This document shows, in pieces, positions 1-10,669 of a stretch of 64,000 nt of DNA. A program made the translations under genes and the position numbers. Source of the DNA: Lingula anatina. Taxonomy: Eukaryota; Animalia; Brachiopoda. The notes under the pieces are model-generated. The model searched no databases. It saw only the letters and a program-made list of their open reading frames with translations, and was not told where the DNA came from. Numbering within the stretch: the first letter of the stretch is position 1; each line of letters starts with the position of its first letter. Where the stretch lies: the NCBI GenBank assembly GCA_051362555.1, contig CM120646.1, positions 12,834,001 through 12,898,000 on the forward strand, written 5' to 3'.

Positions 1-159
1 ACACAAAATATTAATCTTTTAAGATGTGGTTGAAGTAATAAATACATGGTCTTAAAAAGATTATAGATTACACTACCACATCTTAAAAGATTAATATTTT
101 GTGTGGTACGTGTATCAAAATTGTCATCAAAATTGTGCGTTGAGAAAAACAAAACTTAC

Positions 160-2361
160 CAATAACCCAGAAGACTGCAGATCCTGCTCCAGCCAGCCAG
201 AACAGAGGGAATGATATCACGCCAACAGCTCCATACTGCTGAGCCAGGCTGATTTCATGGCCTGGGGACAGAATATAAATAGAATAACCATATAAATATA
301 TAACATACTGAATGATATAAAGTACATAAAACAACCTTTCTTCTGCCTGGGTTCAGTTATTCAATTCAGCATTTATATTTACTTACTACTTGTTCATAAC
401 TCTCAATTTTGTTGGTATTTCTATTAAGATACATCTATTGATGGCCATTTTTATTATTATTAATTATAGCTGAATAGAGACTGATTTCTCAAAGCAAGCT
501 ATTGGTATCAGTTGGTAAGTTAATGCATAAAAATTTCAATCTTTTGTGAAAATTTTAGACAAAAATCCACTGCTGAAATAAGTATTACTGTACAGTTATA
601 TATTTGTCATGATTGTTTCAAGACAGAAAATGCAGACTCGTTTTGCCTAAATAACCAGTCAGCCAGACCAAGCTTTTGAAACCAATGATAAATATTTAAC
701 CAAAAACTCTCACAAATATGCAGGTAGCACTTTCTATATACATAATATGAATTCTCAAGAGTTAAAAATAATGATCATTTTACATCCGCTGCCTTGTAGA
801 CTTCCAAGTCTACTAATTACATTTCAGCTTAGCATTGTATCAATTTAACAGCAAAGTCCTGGATCTGTTTAATAAATAATGCTTATATAACAAGTATCTG
901 CTTTTTTGTAAGTACTTAACAATATTAAAGTGGACTATGAAAATAACTTGACAAACACTCAGCGAACATCTGTTGTCAAAAGATCACTTCACACATGAAT
1001 TTTTTAAAGCCTAAAGACAACTCTGACAATATGTAATGAGTGGTAAGCAAGTGTGACATCAGCTTTTGTATTAAAAGCATAGCAGACTGAAAACTGATAG
1101 CAGAACATATTGGCCCCTGGAAAACCACAATGCTTGTGGACAGATCCACAAAAACCAGTCACTGAAGGTCAAGGTTATTCTAAATAATGGGGCATGAAGT
1201 TCAAAATTTGTTCTTGTGGATACTGAAACTGAATTTCAGGATGCCACAGTGATAGAATAAGTCACACTGCCCCTCCTTAAACCTACCTGTAAATCTGAAA
1301 ATGACTCATATTTATAGAATATCTTTGTAGAGGAAAGTCATTAGCTAGACTTCCTAATGAAAGGGCTCTTCCTGTCAGCTAGATATTTAATTTTTTTTTC
1401 ACTCTGGCTGATAAAAAAACTTACCTAGAAGCGATAATTTACTTTCTTTATTCTTTAAATTGATGATGTAGCATGCTCCTAAACAGACAGCTAAGGCAAC
1501 TATTAACAGTGGAGATGTCAACCTAAGAAAAACAATATAGTACATTTTAATCCAAAACTTGGATTGATGAAGGCTTTTTAAAGATGCACAAACTAAACAA
1601 AACAATTCAGCACATTCATTGTAAATCATGAAATCATGTGACAAAAAATCACGACAAGAAACAGACTTACACACAAAAAATAATAAGACCCAGGAATACA
1701 AATAAATAATTGCTCTGAAAATGTTCCACATTTCGCACAACCCTCTTCCCCACTGGAGCCACGGACTTGGGAGCTTTGAACCGTGCTGTGTTCAGAAATT
1801 CTGTCCACGGTTTGACTGTTTCACGGCGGTGTTGAAGCCATTCTCTGGCAGATACATTAGACAGCTGAATTGCCATGAGTCTGTAAATGAAAAAAAAAAT
1901 TATTATATTGATTAATTTATTTAAAAACAATATTATTTGGTTCCTAAATTTGCATTTTGTTGGTATAATGCCTTAATTCCTACATTAGTTTTGGCTTTTT
2001 TAATCGATCATGATTATTTAACAAGTTTATAACAAATGCTAAAAGAGAGACATGCTAGTTGAGCTGACCACCTGTAGGACAAGTGGCCAGTAATTAACAT
2101 GCGGAAGTAAACGTGTCGCGTCATTTAAATGCATCTATCAAGCATCACTGCATTTGCAGGCCGGTAATCAGCGACTCGATCTGTCAGTTTTGTTTTACTT
2201 CTCACATTCTGTAAACTTAATGTCAGGAAAACATTTATGCATTTTAATGTGATTCACGTTATGCCGTTTGGTACTAACTTTGCTTTAAGATCCACAGGCT
2301 GAGATTCTGCAGGGCCGTCGAGATTTCCACTCAAATCAAGTTTTTCGTTATCCTTCTCCAT
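160..2361 (-). CDS. RABAC1: Prenylated Rab acceptor 1 (PRA1 family); 5' part only, 3' end lies beyond the window start
   Basis: Exons 2279-2361, 1671-1880, 1425-1522 and 160-261, all GT-AG with consistent phases. Translation MEKDNEKLDLSGNLDG...KPWTEFLNTARFKAPKS...RVVRNVEHFQSNYLFVFLGLIIFCVLTSPLLIVAL...SFPLFWLAGAGSAVFWVIG contains the PRA1-domain motifs (RPW-like KPW.EF, N..xFQSNY, AGAGSAVFW). Confidence 0.95.
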
Positions 2362-2645
2362 CGCTTTGACGTGGACGTTTAAGGTCTGGGTTGATTACTT
2401 ATTTATATTTACTGAAAATCGTATTTAACATTTTATACTTTACACAGTCTATTTGGTGAATATTCGGTGTAACAGGAATAATGAAAAGTGTTTTTAGTAT
2501 ATTAGTAACATTATTTCTCAACATATATATTTAATTTTTTTTTAATTAAAGTGTCACTTTTAATAATCTACGCAGACCTTCAAAACGTGTGACGTGTTCA
2601 CAGTCTGCAGTGACGTTTTAAACAAAATACACAAAAGCCTGACAG
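2362..2645. promoter_or_regulatory. Putative bidirectional promoter of RABAC1/TBCEL, including a TBCEL non-coding first exon (donor CAG|GTAAG at 2645/2646)
   Basis: The divergent ATGs are about 1 kb apart. CpG is locally more frequent, and there are two GTGACGT (CRE/ATF half-site-like) motifs at ~2589 and ~2610. A strong donor at 2646 pairs with the acceptor TTTACAG ending at 3347, just upstream of ATG 3363. Confidence 0.6.
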
Positions 2646-3362
2646 GTAAGGGGGAATAACAGTGTTCGTTGTATTTTTTTAGAACGAAAATTACCATTTA
2701 AATTATTTCTGTGCGATAGTGGCTTCGTTCAGTGTAAAAGATCAGCTATGATTACAATTTTATGCTGCAGATATTATATGCAGTATGGATGAAAACATAA
2801 CTTTCTTTCGATGCTGACCTCATTTCCGAATCAAACCGTCGTCAGCTGTTTTGTGTAAGAGGTCTGATGTGTTGGAAATGATTCATTATTGTTGTGTTAA
2901 AAATAAATCTGAGCTTACTGAATTATCTGGGCAACATTCGCTCAGAAGCGCTAGAACTTGGCTAGAATGAACAGGGGCAATTTTTACAGAAAATGGTAAT
3001 CAACAGTTGCATTGTTCGTCTAAATGCAGTGATAATATCTAGAGACATTGCAGAGTTCATTGCTGTAGATGTGAAGAAACTGCATTCAACTCGAGCTGTA
3101 TTTGGCAAAAATCAGAACCTTGAACTTATGAGAATCAATAATAATTTTTAGGACGGGAAGTAGAGACATGAGCATCTACATTTGGTGCAGGTAAAAAAAT
3201 CGTAGTGCATGTGCTAGCAATATAGGTAGTGCTTCTAGCACTCTATCAACAACTTGGCTAACTTATTTTAACCACCTGAACATAGCACTAACTAATTTGA
3301 CTTAAATATACATTATCGTTTTTCATATTTCAATTCTGTCTTTACAGTATTGGTGCATAAAC

Positions 3363-6300
3363 ATGGCTGCAGAAGCTACAGAACCAAAGACATTTCTCAA
3401 AGCCCTCCATGACAAGTATGGGGACAGTGACATACCTGAGGGCAATGACCTGGTGTTGGTTATGCATGTTCCCAATTCAGCACCAGGAATGACAGGTGAG
3501 AGAAAAAATATAAATAGGCTTTAAATTCAAAGTACAACGTTGGTGATGTGACACCTCCCCTTCATCACCCTATGCAATGGTGTTTTGACTTACTACCAAG
3601 GCCTTAATTATTAATTTTTCATTGGAGAAATTCCAGAGAAGCCTAGCTCAACCTGAATCAGGTATGGTAAAGGAGATCATTCAATTTCCAATATGTGAAG
3701 AAAACGATACATTTTGAAAATGTGTTGCTGTGTATTGAGGACATGATTTTAAACAAAATTGGCCATTGGAGTCATGGTAAATTAAATATTTTCTTATATT
3801 ATATATATAATTGTTTCAGACTCTGGCCAGTTGATTCTTCCCCGGCAACTGGCAATGAACTACCACAGTATAACACATGCAGGCAATGAGGAAGAGATTG
3901 CCAACCTTTGTGATAAGGTGACAGAGCTAGACATTGCCAACAATTGTATATCTGACTGGAAAGAGGTAATATCCCAGATAGCATGCATACGTTGGGCCAA
4001 CGTTGGCCCAACGTTGCCTTGGTTGACCATGCAACGTTGGCCCAACGTTGGGTTTCCATCTAAGTGCTCACTTTGGCCAACGGTTGGCTGAACGTCTTTT
4101 TAATGCCAACGCATTGCCAACGTATTCCCAACCAAACTGCGTTGGCCCTACATTGGGCCAACTAATAACCAACATTGGTCCAACAATTACCCAACCTGTA
4201 ACCAACAGTGCATTTACGTTGGTCCTACTAATAACCAACATCAGTCCAACGATTACCCAACCAAACTGCGTTGGCCCTACATTAGGCCAACTAATAACCA
4301 ACATTGGTCCAACAATTACCCAACCTGTAACCAACAGTGCAATTACGTTGGTTCTACTAATAACCAACGTCATCAGTCCAACAATTACCCAACCTCAAAC
4401 CAACAATGTATCCGCGTTGGCCCAATGGTAGGCCAACTGGTCACCAAGTTATCTGCAATTTGCACAACAAATTATGACCCAACCTAAAACCAGGGGCACA
4501 GTGATTTACAGTAACCCAACATTGAGCTAAAGGCAAAATCTTTTTTTTTTGGAATCACATAGGTAGTAGGGCACTGTAATTACACATCTGATGCACAGGC
4601 AGATCAATGTCCTGATGAAATATCTTGAGCATCTGAAATCTGCAAACTGCAAGATATGGCTGAAAAATTGGCAAGGTTTCTAAGGGATGAATCCTTCAGA
4701 GGACTTGATCTGCCTGTGATCATTTACACTACACCTGGAAAATTGTCAATTAATAATTGTAGTTGAAACAAAAAGATTAGTGATATATTTTGAACTGTTT
4801 AATTAATTCATAACATTACATAAAACAAATACATTACACCAACTAAATAATGATATGTGAATTGAAATATAATACAAAAAGACAACAAAGAAAATTTTTA
4901 TAAGATATTATAATATTAAATTTAAACATTAATAAGTGTGTCTTATATCAATTGTTACATGATTCACATCAAAAAAATTTTAACAGTCCTATGACTTTTC
5001 ACCTTATTCCTGGAGTCCAGGCATTTTTCTACTAGTAAAGTCTTTTTTTTGCCCCATTTCAATTTTTAAAAACATTTTCATTAAATTAAATTTTTAATTT
5101 AAATTTAAACCTGAAACCCTTGTTAATGTCAGGTAAGATGCTTTTCATAGGAACTTTCATAAGTTATATGTCAAGTCTATAAAATCACAGTCTCTTCCGT
5201 CAGGCAAAATCTCAGACATTGTCTCTTTAAAAATCAAATCAGTGGTCATATGAGTTCAATCTTGTGTTTTTTCTCTCTTTCCTGTCCTGCACCTGCATGA
5301 TCTTTGGCAAAGCACGATTAGTTAGGTGTATCTTCAACATCTTTTTCTGAACAGTCACAGAAGAGTGTGCTGCACCTACAAATTTAAATATTAAAAACAC
5401 TTGAAATATAATGCTAGAATTGGTATGGTACATAACATGACTGTACCTCTTCCCCCATATTTCATATACAAACTAGTACTAGTAGGTGTGTATTATATGA
5501 TAATCTCCCCACCTTTTCTAAGTTAGGCAAAAGCCAATATCTTAACTTTAAAAGTGTGTGTCTTGTGTGCAGTAATTTATAGTGATTTATTTAAATTAGT
5601 TCTTACGTGTACACTTGACCATGAATTCAGTTTTTAGACAACTGTAATGTACCACTAAATTCCACATCATTTAATCATTCCAACAACTCTATCACAGAAT
5701 TTACTGGCCAGGATTCATACAGACACATAAGAACAATTGGCTTCCAAGGACTTTTAAGGCTCTAAATCAAATCATTTTCAATGATTTTAACTAATGAGGG
5801 CAAGTTTTACATTAATACAGTTATATTAAAGTGTACATACCAAAGGAAAAAGGACTCATTTCATTTAAACTTTGTCTTTGTAACACATTGATGATGAAAA
5901 GTTGAAAATAAAAGTACAAGTAATGATGTATTAAAAGGTATTACCCCCATCTGTGAATTATTGTCTGTATTCATCTCAATAAACTACAAAGTTTTAAATA
6001 ATATTTTTACAAAGACAAAATGCTGAAATGCAAACCTTTTTCAAGCCTAATAGCATTTTCAAGTACTTTTCAAAGTTACATTTAAACTAGAGCCATTTAA
6101 ACTAGTCCAAAGTGCTGGACTAAATTTGAACACTTTTCAAGGCTGTATGGATCCTGGTGCATCAGTAAATAATGGGAAAATACACAATTAAAAAGTCACT
6201 TACCAGTACATGCTCACTTCTTATCCTGTCTCTTTATCTCTTCATTTTCTAATTTCCAAAAAGATGTCTTCTTTCTATATCCAGAAACCAATGCTTTCAG

Positions 6301-8802
6301 CTGTAATTCTTGCCTCTTCCTTAGAACATTTCTGACCTTCTGGCTTAGATTTTTGAATTGGCTCAACGGTCAGCGCGCTTAAGACTGTGCTATGTATAGT
6401 TGTTTGACCTGTTTGAGCAGGCAGTAGGCAAACTGTTTATATCAAACTGACAGTTAAGATAAACACCTGGCTTGTAATGAATCTGGTCCAGTGAAAGTTA
6501 CCAGTGTACTTTAATCAAAAGTCAATTGATGCTAACTATAAAGTTTAAAATTTATATATTGTGCAATTGTACATTATAATAAGATTTCAATCATTTGTCT
6601 GATTTCAATAACAATAATAATAATAGCAATAATAATAAATATGTTTCACAGCATTATTTAAAAATATAAATCTGTTCACTCAGTAATATTTTTATAGGTG
6701 AAGTCTATGTACTATATACTATATCCATTCAGAAAAAAAGACAAAATGAAAAATATATATATATGAGAGTATATAGCTTGGAAGACAAATAAAAGTAGAA
6801 CACTGTTTTTTAGCCCAAGGAATTTGACAAACTCTTAATAAAAAAAAAAATTTTAATCCTAAAAACTATATGTTACTGATCAATAGATAAGCACGTGATT
6901 CTCAGTTGTGAACAGAAACATTTTTATTATAACAGAAACATTATTCATTTCTATTGAGTTGTTAATTGGATACGTTGGCCCAACGTTAGGCCAACGTATG
7001 CAACAAATATGCACACGTTGGCCCAACGTTGGGCCAACGTGAGCATATTGCAGTTATGTTGTGCATATTATGATGTGGTTGGGCCAACGTTGGGCCAACG
7101 TATTACTACCAACGCCAACTATGTGCCAACAAACCAACGATTCCCCTACGTTGGCCCAACGTATGCTTGCTATCTGGGATTAAGAACAGTTTCCTCTATC
7201 AAACGTTATGCTGTGGGTGCTCTTAAAGCAAATAACTATAGTTGGTCACTAATTAAAGCAAAGGATAACTGATTATAAGTACATATATATAGGGTAGCTG
7301 TGAGTTTCTAAGGATTTTTTAGACATCTAGTTGAATCTTTTTCTGGACTTACAATGTCTGTCTTAGACAATTTTCACTGTGCTGTTTGCCATGTTAACCT
7401 CCGTATTTTATTCTTGAGCTCACCTATGAAATTTTTAAGTAGCTAAGACTAAGTTCTAAAGATAATAGATATTTACATGATTTATATCATTCAAGTAAGT
7501 TAAATAAATCAAACTACTTCATTCAGGTACAATCATATCAGTTGGTATCCTCCTAAATTGCATGAAATAATAAACTTGATATTTGTGCTATCACAGATGT
7601 GGAGATATGTTGGATTTGGTATGCTGAGTAATGATGTAGTTTAGTACTTGTTAATAATTCACCAAAACGTTACTCACTGGCCAAAGTTTATTGTAAATTG
7701 ATGACTTCTTTGAATTAAATTCTGTTTAATTTTGCAAAAAAAAAAAAAAAAATTATTTGGATCACTCAACAATGTTTTTTAAGAGTGGTGGCAGATTTAC
7801 CTCTCATGAGGCTGAATGCAGTTTAGTAAATTTGCCTAAAAGACAAATGTAAATTTTTATTTTCATTGACTAGGAATGATTTTTTTTTTTTCTGGTTCCA
7901 ATTCTGTAATGAGTCACGATCTATTTCATTCTTATTTGCCTCACAGATATTCAAGTTGATGTCAGTTATGCCAAAGATTGAAAGCATCAACTTTAGTTGT
8001 AACCCACTGATGGCAGAGATTGATGACGAGGTTGGCAACCAAAGTTTTCCAAATATAAAACGCCTCATCTTAAACAAGACTGGAGCAGCATGGAGGACTG
8101 TGGAAGTGTTACTAAAGATTATGCCATGGTAAGAAAAAAATGTATTATACTTCCGTATTTGCATTATCCAGTCTCCTAAACAGGGTCTTGTAGAAGTGAT
8201 GTAAATGATTAACCTTTTAGTTTTGATAAAAATTCATACTTTAGAAACATTTCACTGCACTATAGTTGGGTATAAAAGTCTAAAATTAATCTTGATATTT
8301 ACGAAAAAGAAGTGATGTTATACTTAAAATAAATATGTTTTTGTCTAGGCAACCTCAGAAAAATTTGTCAGAGCAAGAATTTTCTTTCAGCATTGAAGAA
8401 CTACACCTTAGCCTCAATGATTACACAGAGGTTGATCTCAAAGAAAAATATCCAAATGTCGTCAACCTCCACTTCAATGCCAACAAACTCAGGGACTGGG
8501 GAGAAATATGCAAACTGGGACGGGCCTTCCCAAATCTTTGTAATCTGGTGATGGCAGAGAGTGAGGTGTCTCTTTGTGATGACTCAGAAGTCGAGGAAAG
8601 TTTCCCAAAGGTAGTCAGTCTGAATGCCAATAAGATTGGCATCACCAGCTGGGAGGAGATAGACAGGCTGAACAGTTTCCCTGCGCTCACTGATGTTAGA
8701 CTGCAGGGAGTGCCTCTGCTGGAGGTGAGGAGGGGGTCTGTGTGATGTTTTGTGTGTGTTTGTGTGGCTAAATGCTTGTGTGTGTGTGTGACTTGATGCA
8801 TG

Positions 8803-8849
<47 letters not shown>

Positions 8850-10533
8850 CTTGATGCATGTTTGTGTATATGAGTGGATGCCTGTGTGTGTGGGCATGCA
8901 CACACTCATGTACACACACACAAACACGTCTAAGGTACATATTCAAGAGTTCATCATATTCATTGCACATGCCTAACAGAGTACAAGCTCCTAGACCACT
9001 GCATAGTTTTAAATGTTGATTTCTTTTATAATCTAGGATATGAAAGAAGAACAACGTAGGCAGTTCCTTATAGCCAGGCTGCCAAGGATCAATAGACTAA
9101 ATGGCAGTAAAATCCAGGAAGAAGAAAGAGATAAAGCAGAAAGAGCTTTTTTGAGACACTTCATGGATTCTGAGGAAAAACCAGAAAGGTATTCATTTAC
9201 TTACAAGATGTAAAGGCAAAGAATTGCTTTTGTTTGGTTCAAGTTGTTGTTGATTCGGGATTCTTTAGTGTCTCTTCCCAAACAAACAAACAAAAAAAAA
9301 TTGAGAAAACAAATCTCATGAATGTCAAATAAGATTCTTGAAAAGATGGGTATGATCTTCATAAATTACCCTAAGTCTTCATATTTTTCTTATCTTTTCC
9401 AGATATATGGAGTTAGAGAAGACCCATGGTCAGCTTGACCCACTTGCTGACGTCAACCTGGGACCACCCACCCACACGGTCACTGTCAGGGTCACATATG
9501 ACACGAAGGTGAGTACTAAAGGCCCATTATATTATGAGGGGGTGGGAGCAGCTTTTTCCCATTTTAATTTTTTTTTTTCGTCATTTGGAAAAGGCAAGCA
9601 TATAAATGCTTGGTCAATGCCATGAAAAGTGCTTTGGATGTGAAATTTAAAATGTGTGTCATTGTTCTGTATTTGTTTTGTTTGTTTTTGCTTTTTTTTT
9701 GTGTTGTTTAAAAAAAACAAAAACAAAACAAATCAAGTTAAATCTCTGTGTGGCTAAGACAAGCTCAAATAATGGCAGAGTTAGTTAGTCTTCTTTGTTC
9801 TGCTTATCCTGTCCTTAAGCTCTTGTTAGACAAAAACTGCACAATTGATTTCAATTAATTTTTTTAACAAAGTACGATGCATGTTAAATCATAGCTCCAA
9901 TATTGCTTTTTTTTCCCTCCTGCAGGTAAGAATGCTGAGCATATGCCTGGATAACTCCATTGTGGATTTAAAAAATCTGATTCGCAAGCTTTTTGAAATT
10001 CCAAAAGAATGTGGCATAGCATTATATTATAATAATGCAGAGGGCACTATTCCCTACAGAGCGAGGGAGATGGACCCCTCAAAATATGTGTACACATACC
10101 TCTATGAGGATGGATGTGACATTACTGTAGAGCCTCGTGAAAGGGGAGGAAGGAAGTGGATAGAACCTACCGTACATTTTGCAATAAAGAAAAGTTTGAC
10201 TGTAACACCACGCGATTAAATTAAACAATCAGAACACAGTATAAAATCCAAAGTTTGTTTTTACTTTTGCAGTTATTCAGTACTGATGATAATGAAACAC
10301 ATATTACAAACAGTAATGGAAAGTAATTATTTTTGTAGGTTAAGATGATGCAGCTAAACGTAAATCAAACAGTCCAAGAGCTCAAGGTGTTACTAAAGAA
10401 GACTTTTGACATTTCGGATAAAATAAAGTTGTTTGTGTTTGAGGATGGTATTCCTACTAATGAGTTAACTGAAATAAGAAGGTGCCTTTATATGTACTAC
10501 ATAGAAGATGGGATTGACTTGAGAATAATTTGA
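3363..10533 (+). CDS. TBCEL: Tubulin-specific chaperone cofactor E-like protein (LRR + C-terminal UBL), with two alternative last exons
   Basis: Coding exons 3363-3495, 3820-3965, 7947-8128, 8391-8724, 9037-9188 and 9403-9508, then 9926-10219 (isoform A, 448 aa) or 10339-10533 (isoform B, 415 aa). All introns are GT-AG and phases are consistent. Motifs: VTELDIANNCISDWKE, LILNKTG..W, IEELHLSLNDY, RQFLIARLPRINRLNGS...ERAFLR, HGQLDPLADVNL. No CAP-Gly domain, which fits TBCEL rather than TBCE. Confidence 0.93.
4594..4718. mobile_element. Small MITE nested in the CMC-like element
   Basis: Inverted termini CACAGGCAGATCAA(T)GTCCT / AGGACTTGATCTGCCTGTG. No clear TSD. Confidence 0.55.
5239..6408 (-). 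pseudogene. Degenerate spliced gene relic inside the transposon (possibly a BEN/DUF4806-like accessory ORF)
   Basis: Exon-like segments 6204-6408 (cag| ... CTG|gtaagt) and ~5239-5375 (tttgtag|). Frameshifted peptides SGYRKKTSFWKLE, VLG|AAH, CDCSEKDVEDT, DRKERK. Confidence 0.35.
5709..6156. mobile_element. Old hAT-like MITE nested in the CMC-like element
   Basis: Termini CAGGATTCATACAG / CTGTATGGATCCTG, with subterminal TTTTCAAG repeats. TSD not recognisable. Confidence 0.5.
8750..8925. repeat. (TG)n microsatellite region
   Basis: Visible TG/CA runs in a TBCEL intron. Confidence 0.9.
9926..10219 (+). CDS. TBCEL: TBCEL terminal exon 7a (UBL domain copy A plus 22-aa extension)
   Basis: Acceptor ttttttccctcctgcag, phase 0. 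Open frame VRMLSICLDNSIVDLKNLIRKLF...LYY...YLYEDGCDITVEPRERGG...PRD*. ATTAAA occurs twice at 10215-10225. Confidence 0.85.
   Translation, partial: VRMLSICLDNSIVDLKNLIRKLFEIPKECGIALYYNNAEGTIPYRAREMDPSKYVYTYLYEDGCDITVEPRERGGRKWIEPTVHFAIKKSLTVTPRD
10339..10533 (+). CDS. TBCEL: TBCEL terminal exon 7b (UBL domain copy B)
   Basis: Acceptor attatttttgtag, phase 0. Open frame VKMMQLNVNQTVQELKVLLKKTF...IKLFVFED...LYMYYIEDGIDLRII*. Downstream AATAAA at 11258, 11808 and 12228. Confidence 0.85.
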   Translation, partial: VKMMQLNVNQTVQELKVLLKKTFDISDKIKLFVFEDGIPTNELTEIRRCLYMYYIEDGIDLRII

Positions 10534-10625
10534 AAAACGTTTATGCAAATTAGTAGACTACCAAAATACTAGTGCTTCTTGACCAGGATTTTATTTGTGG
10601 ATCTGTGTTTGAATGCCTGCATGCA

Positions 10626-10669
<44 letters not shown>

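Larger units (their letters stand above)
3973..7178. mobile_element. Non-autonomous DNA transposon, CMC/EnSpm-like, in TBCEL intron (~3.2 kb)
   Basis: TIRs CCCAGATAGCATGCATACGTTGGGCCAACG / CGTTGGCCCAACGTATGCTTGCTATCTGGG (1 mismatch), flanked by AT on both sides (2-bp TSD). Subterminal arrays of GTTGGGCCAACGTTGGCCCAAC at 3990-4440 and 6970-7160. Confidence 0.88.

Noticed and set aside
2373-2590. Short inverted motif ACGTTT.AAGGTCTG flanking an AT-rich stretch in the promoter
   Set aside because: Too short and without a TSD. It cannot be distinguished from chance or symmetric promoter motifs.
3799-4431. Overlapping ORFs with GPTL/WPNVG repeats
   Set aside because: Apart from the TBCEL exon at 3820-3965, they are translations of palindromic transposon subterminal repeats.
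8421-9054. Long minus-strand ORFs opposite TBCEL exon 4
   Set aside because: They are antisense shadows of the coding exon plus the (CA)n microsatellite.
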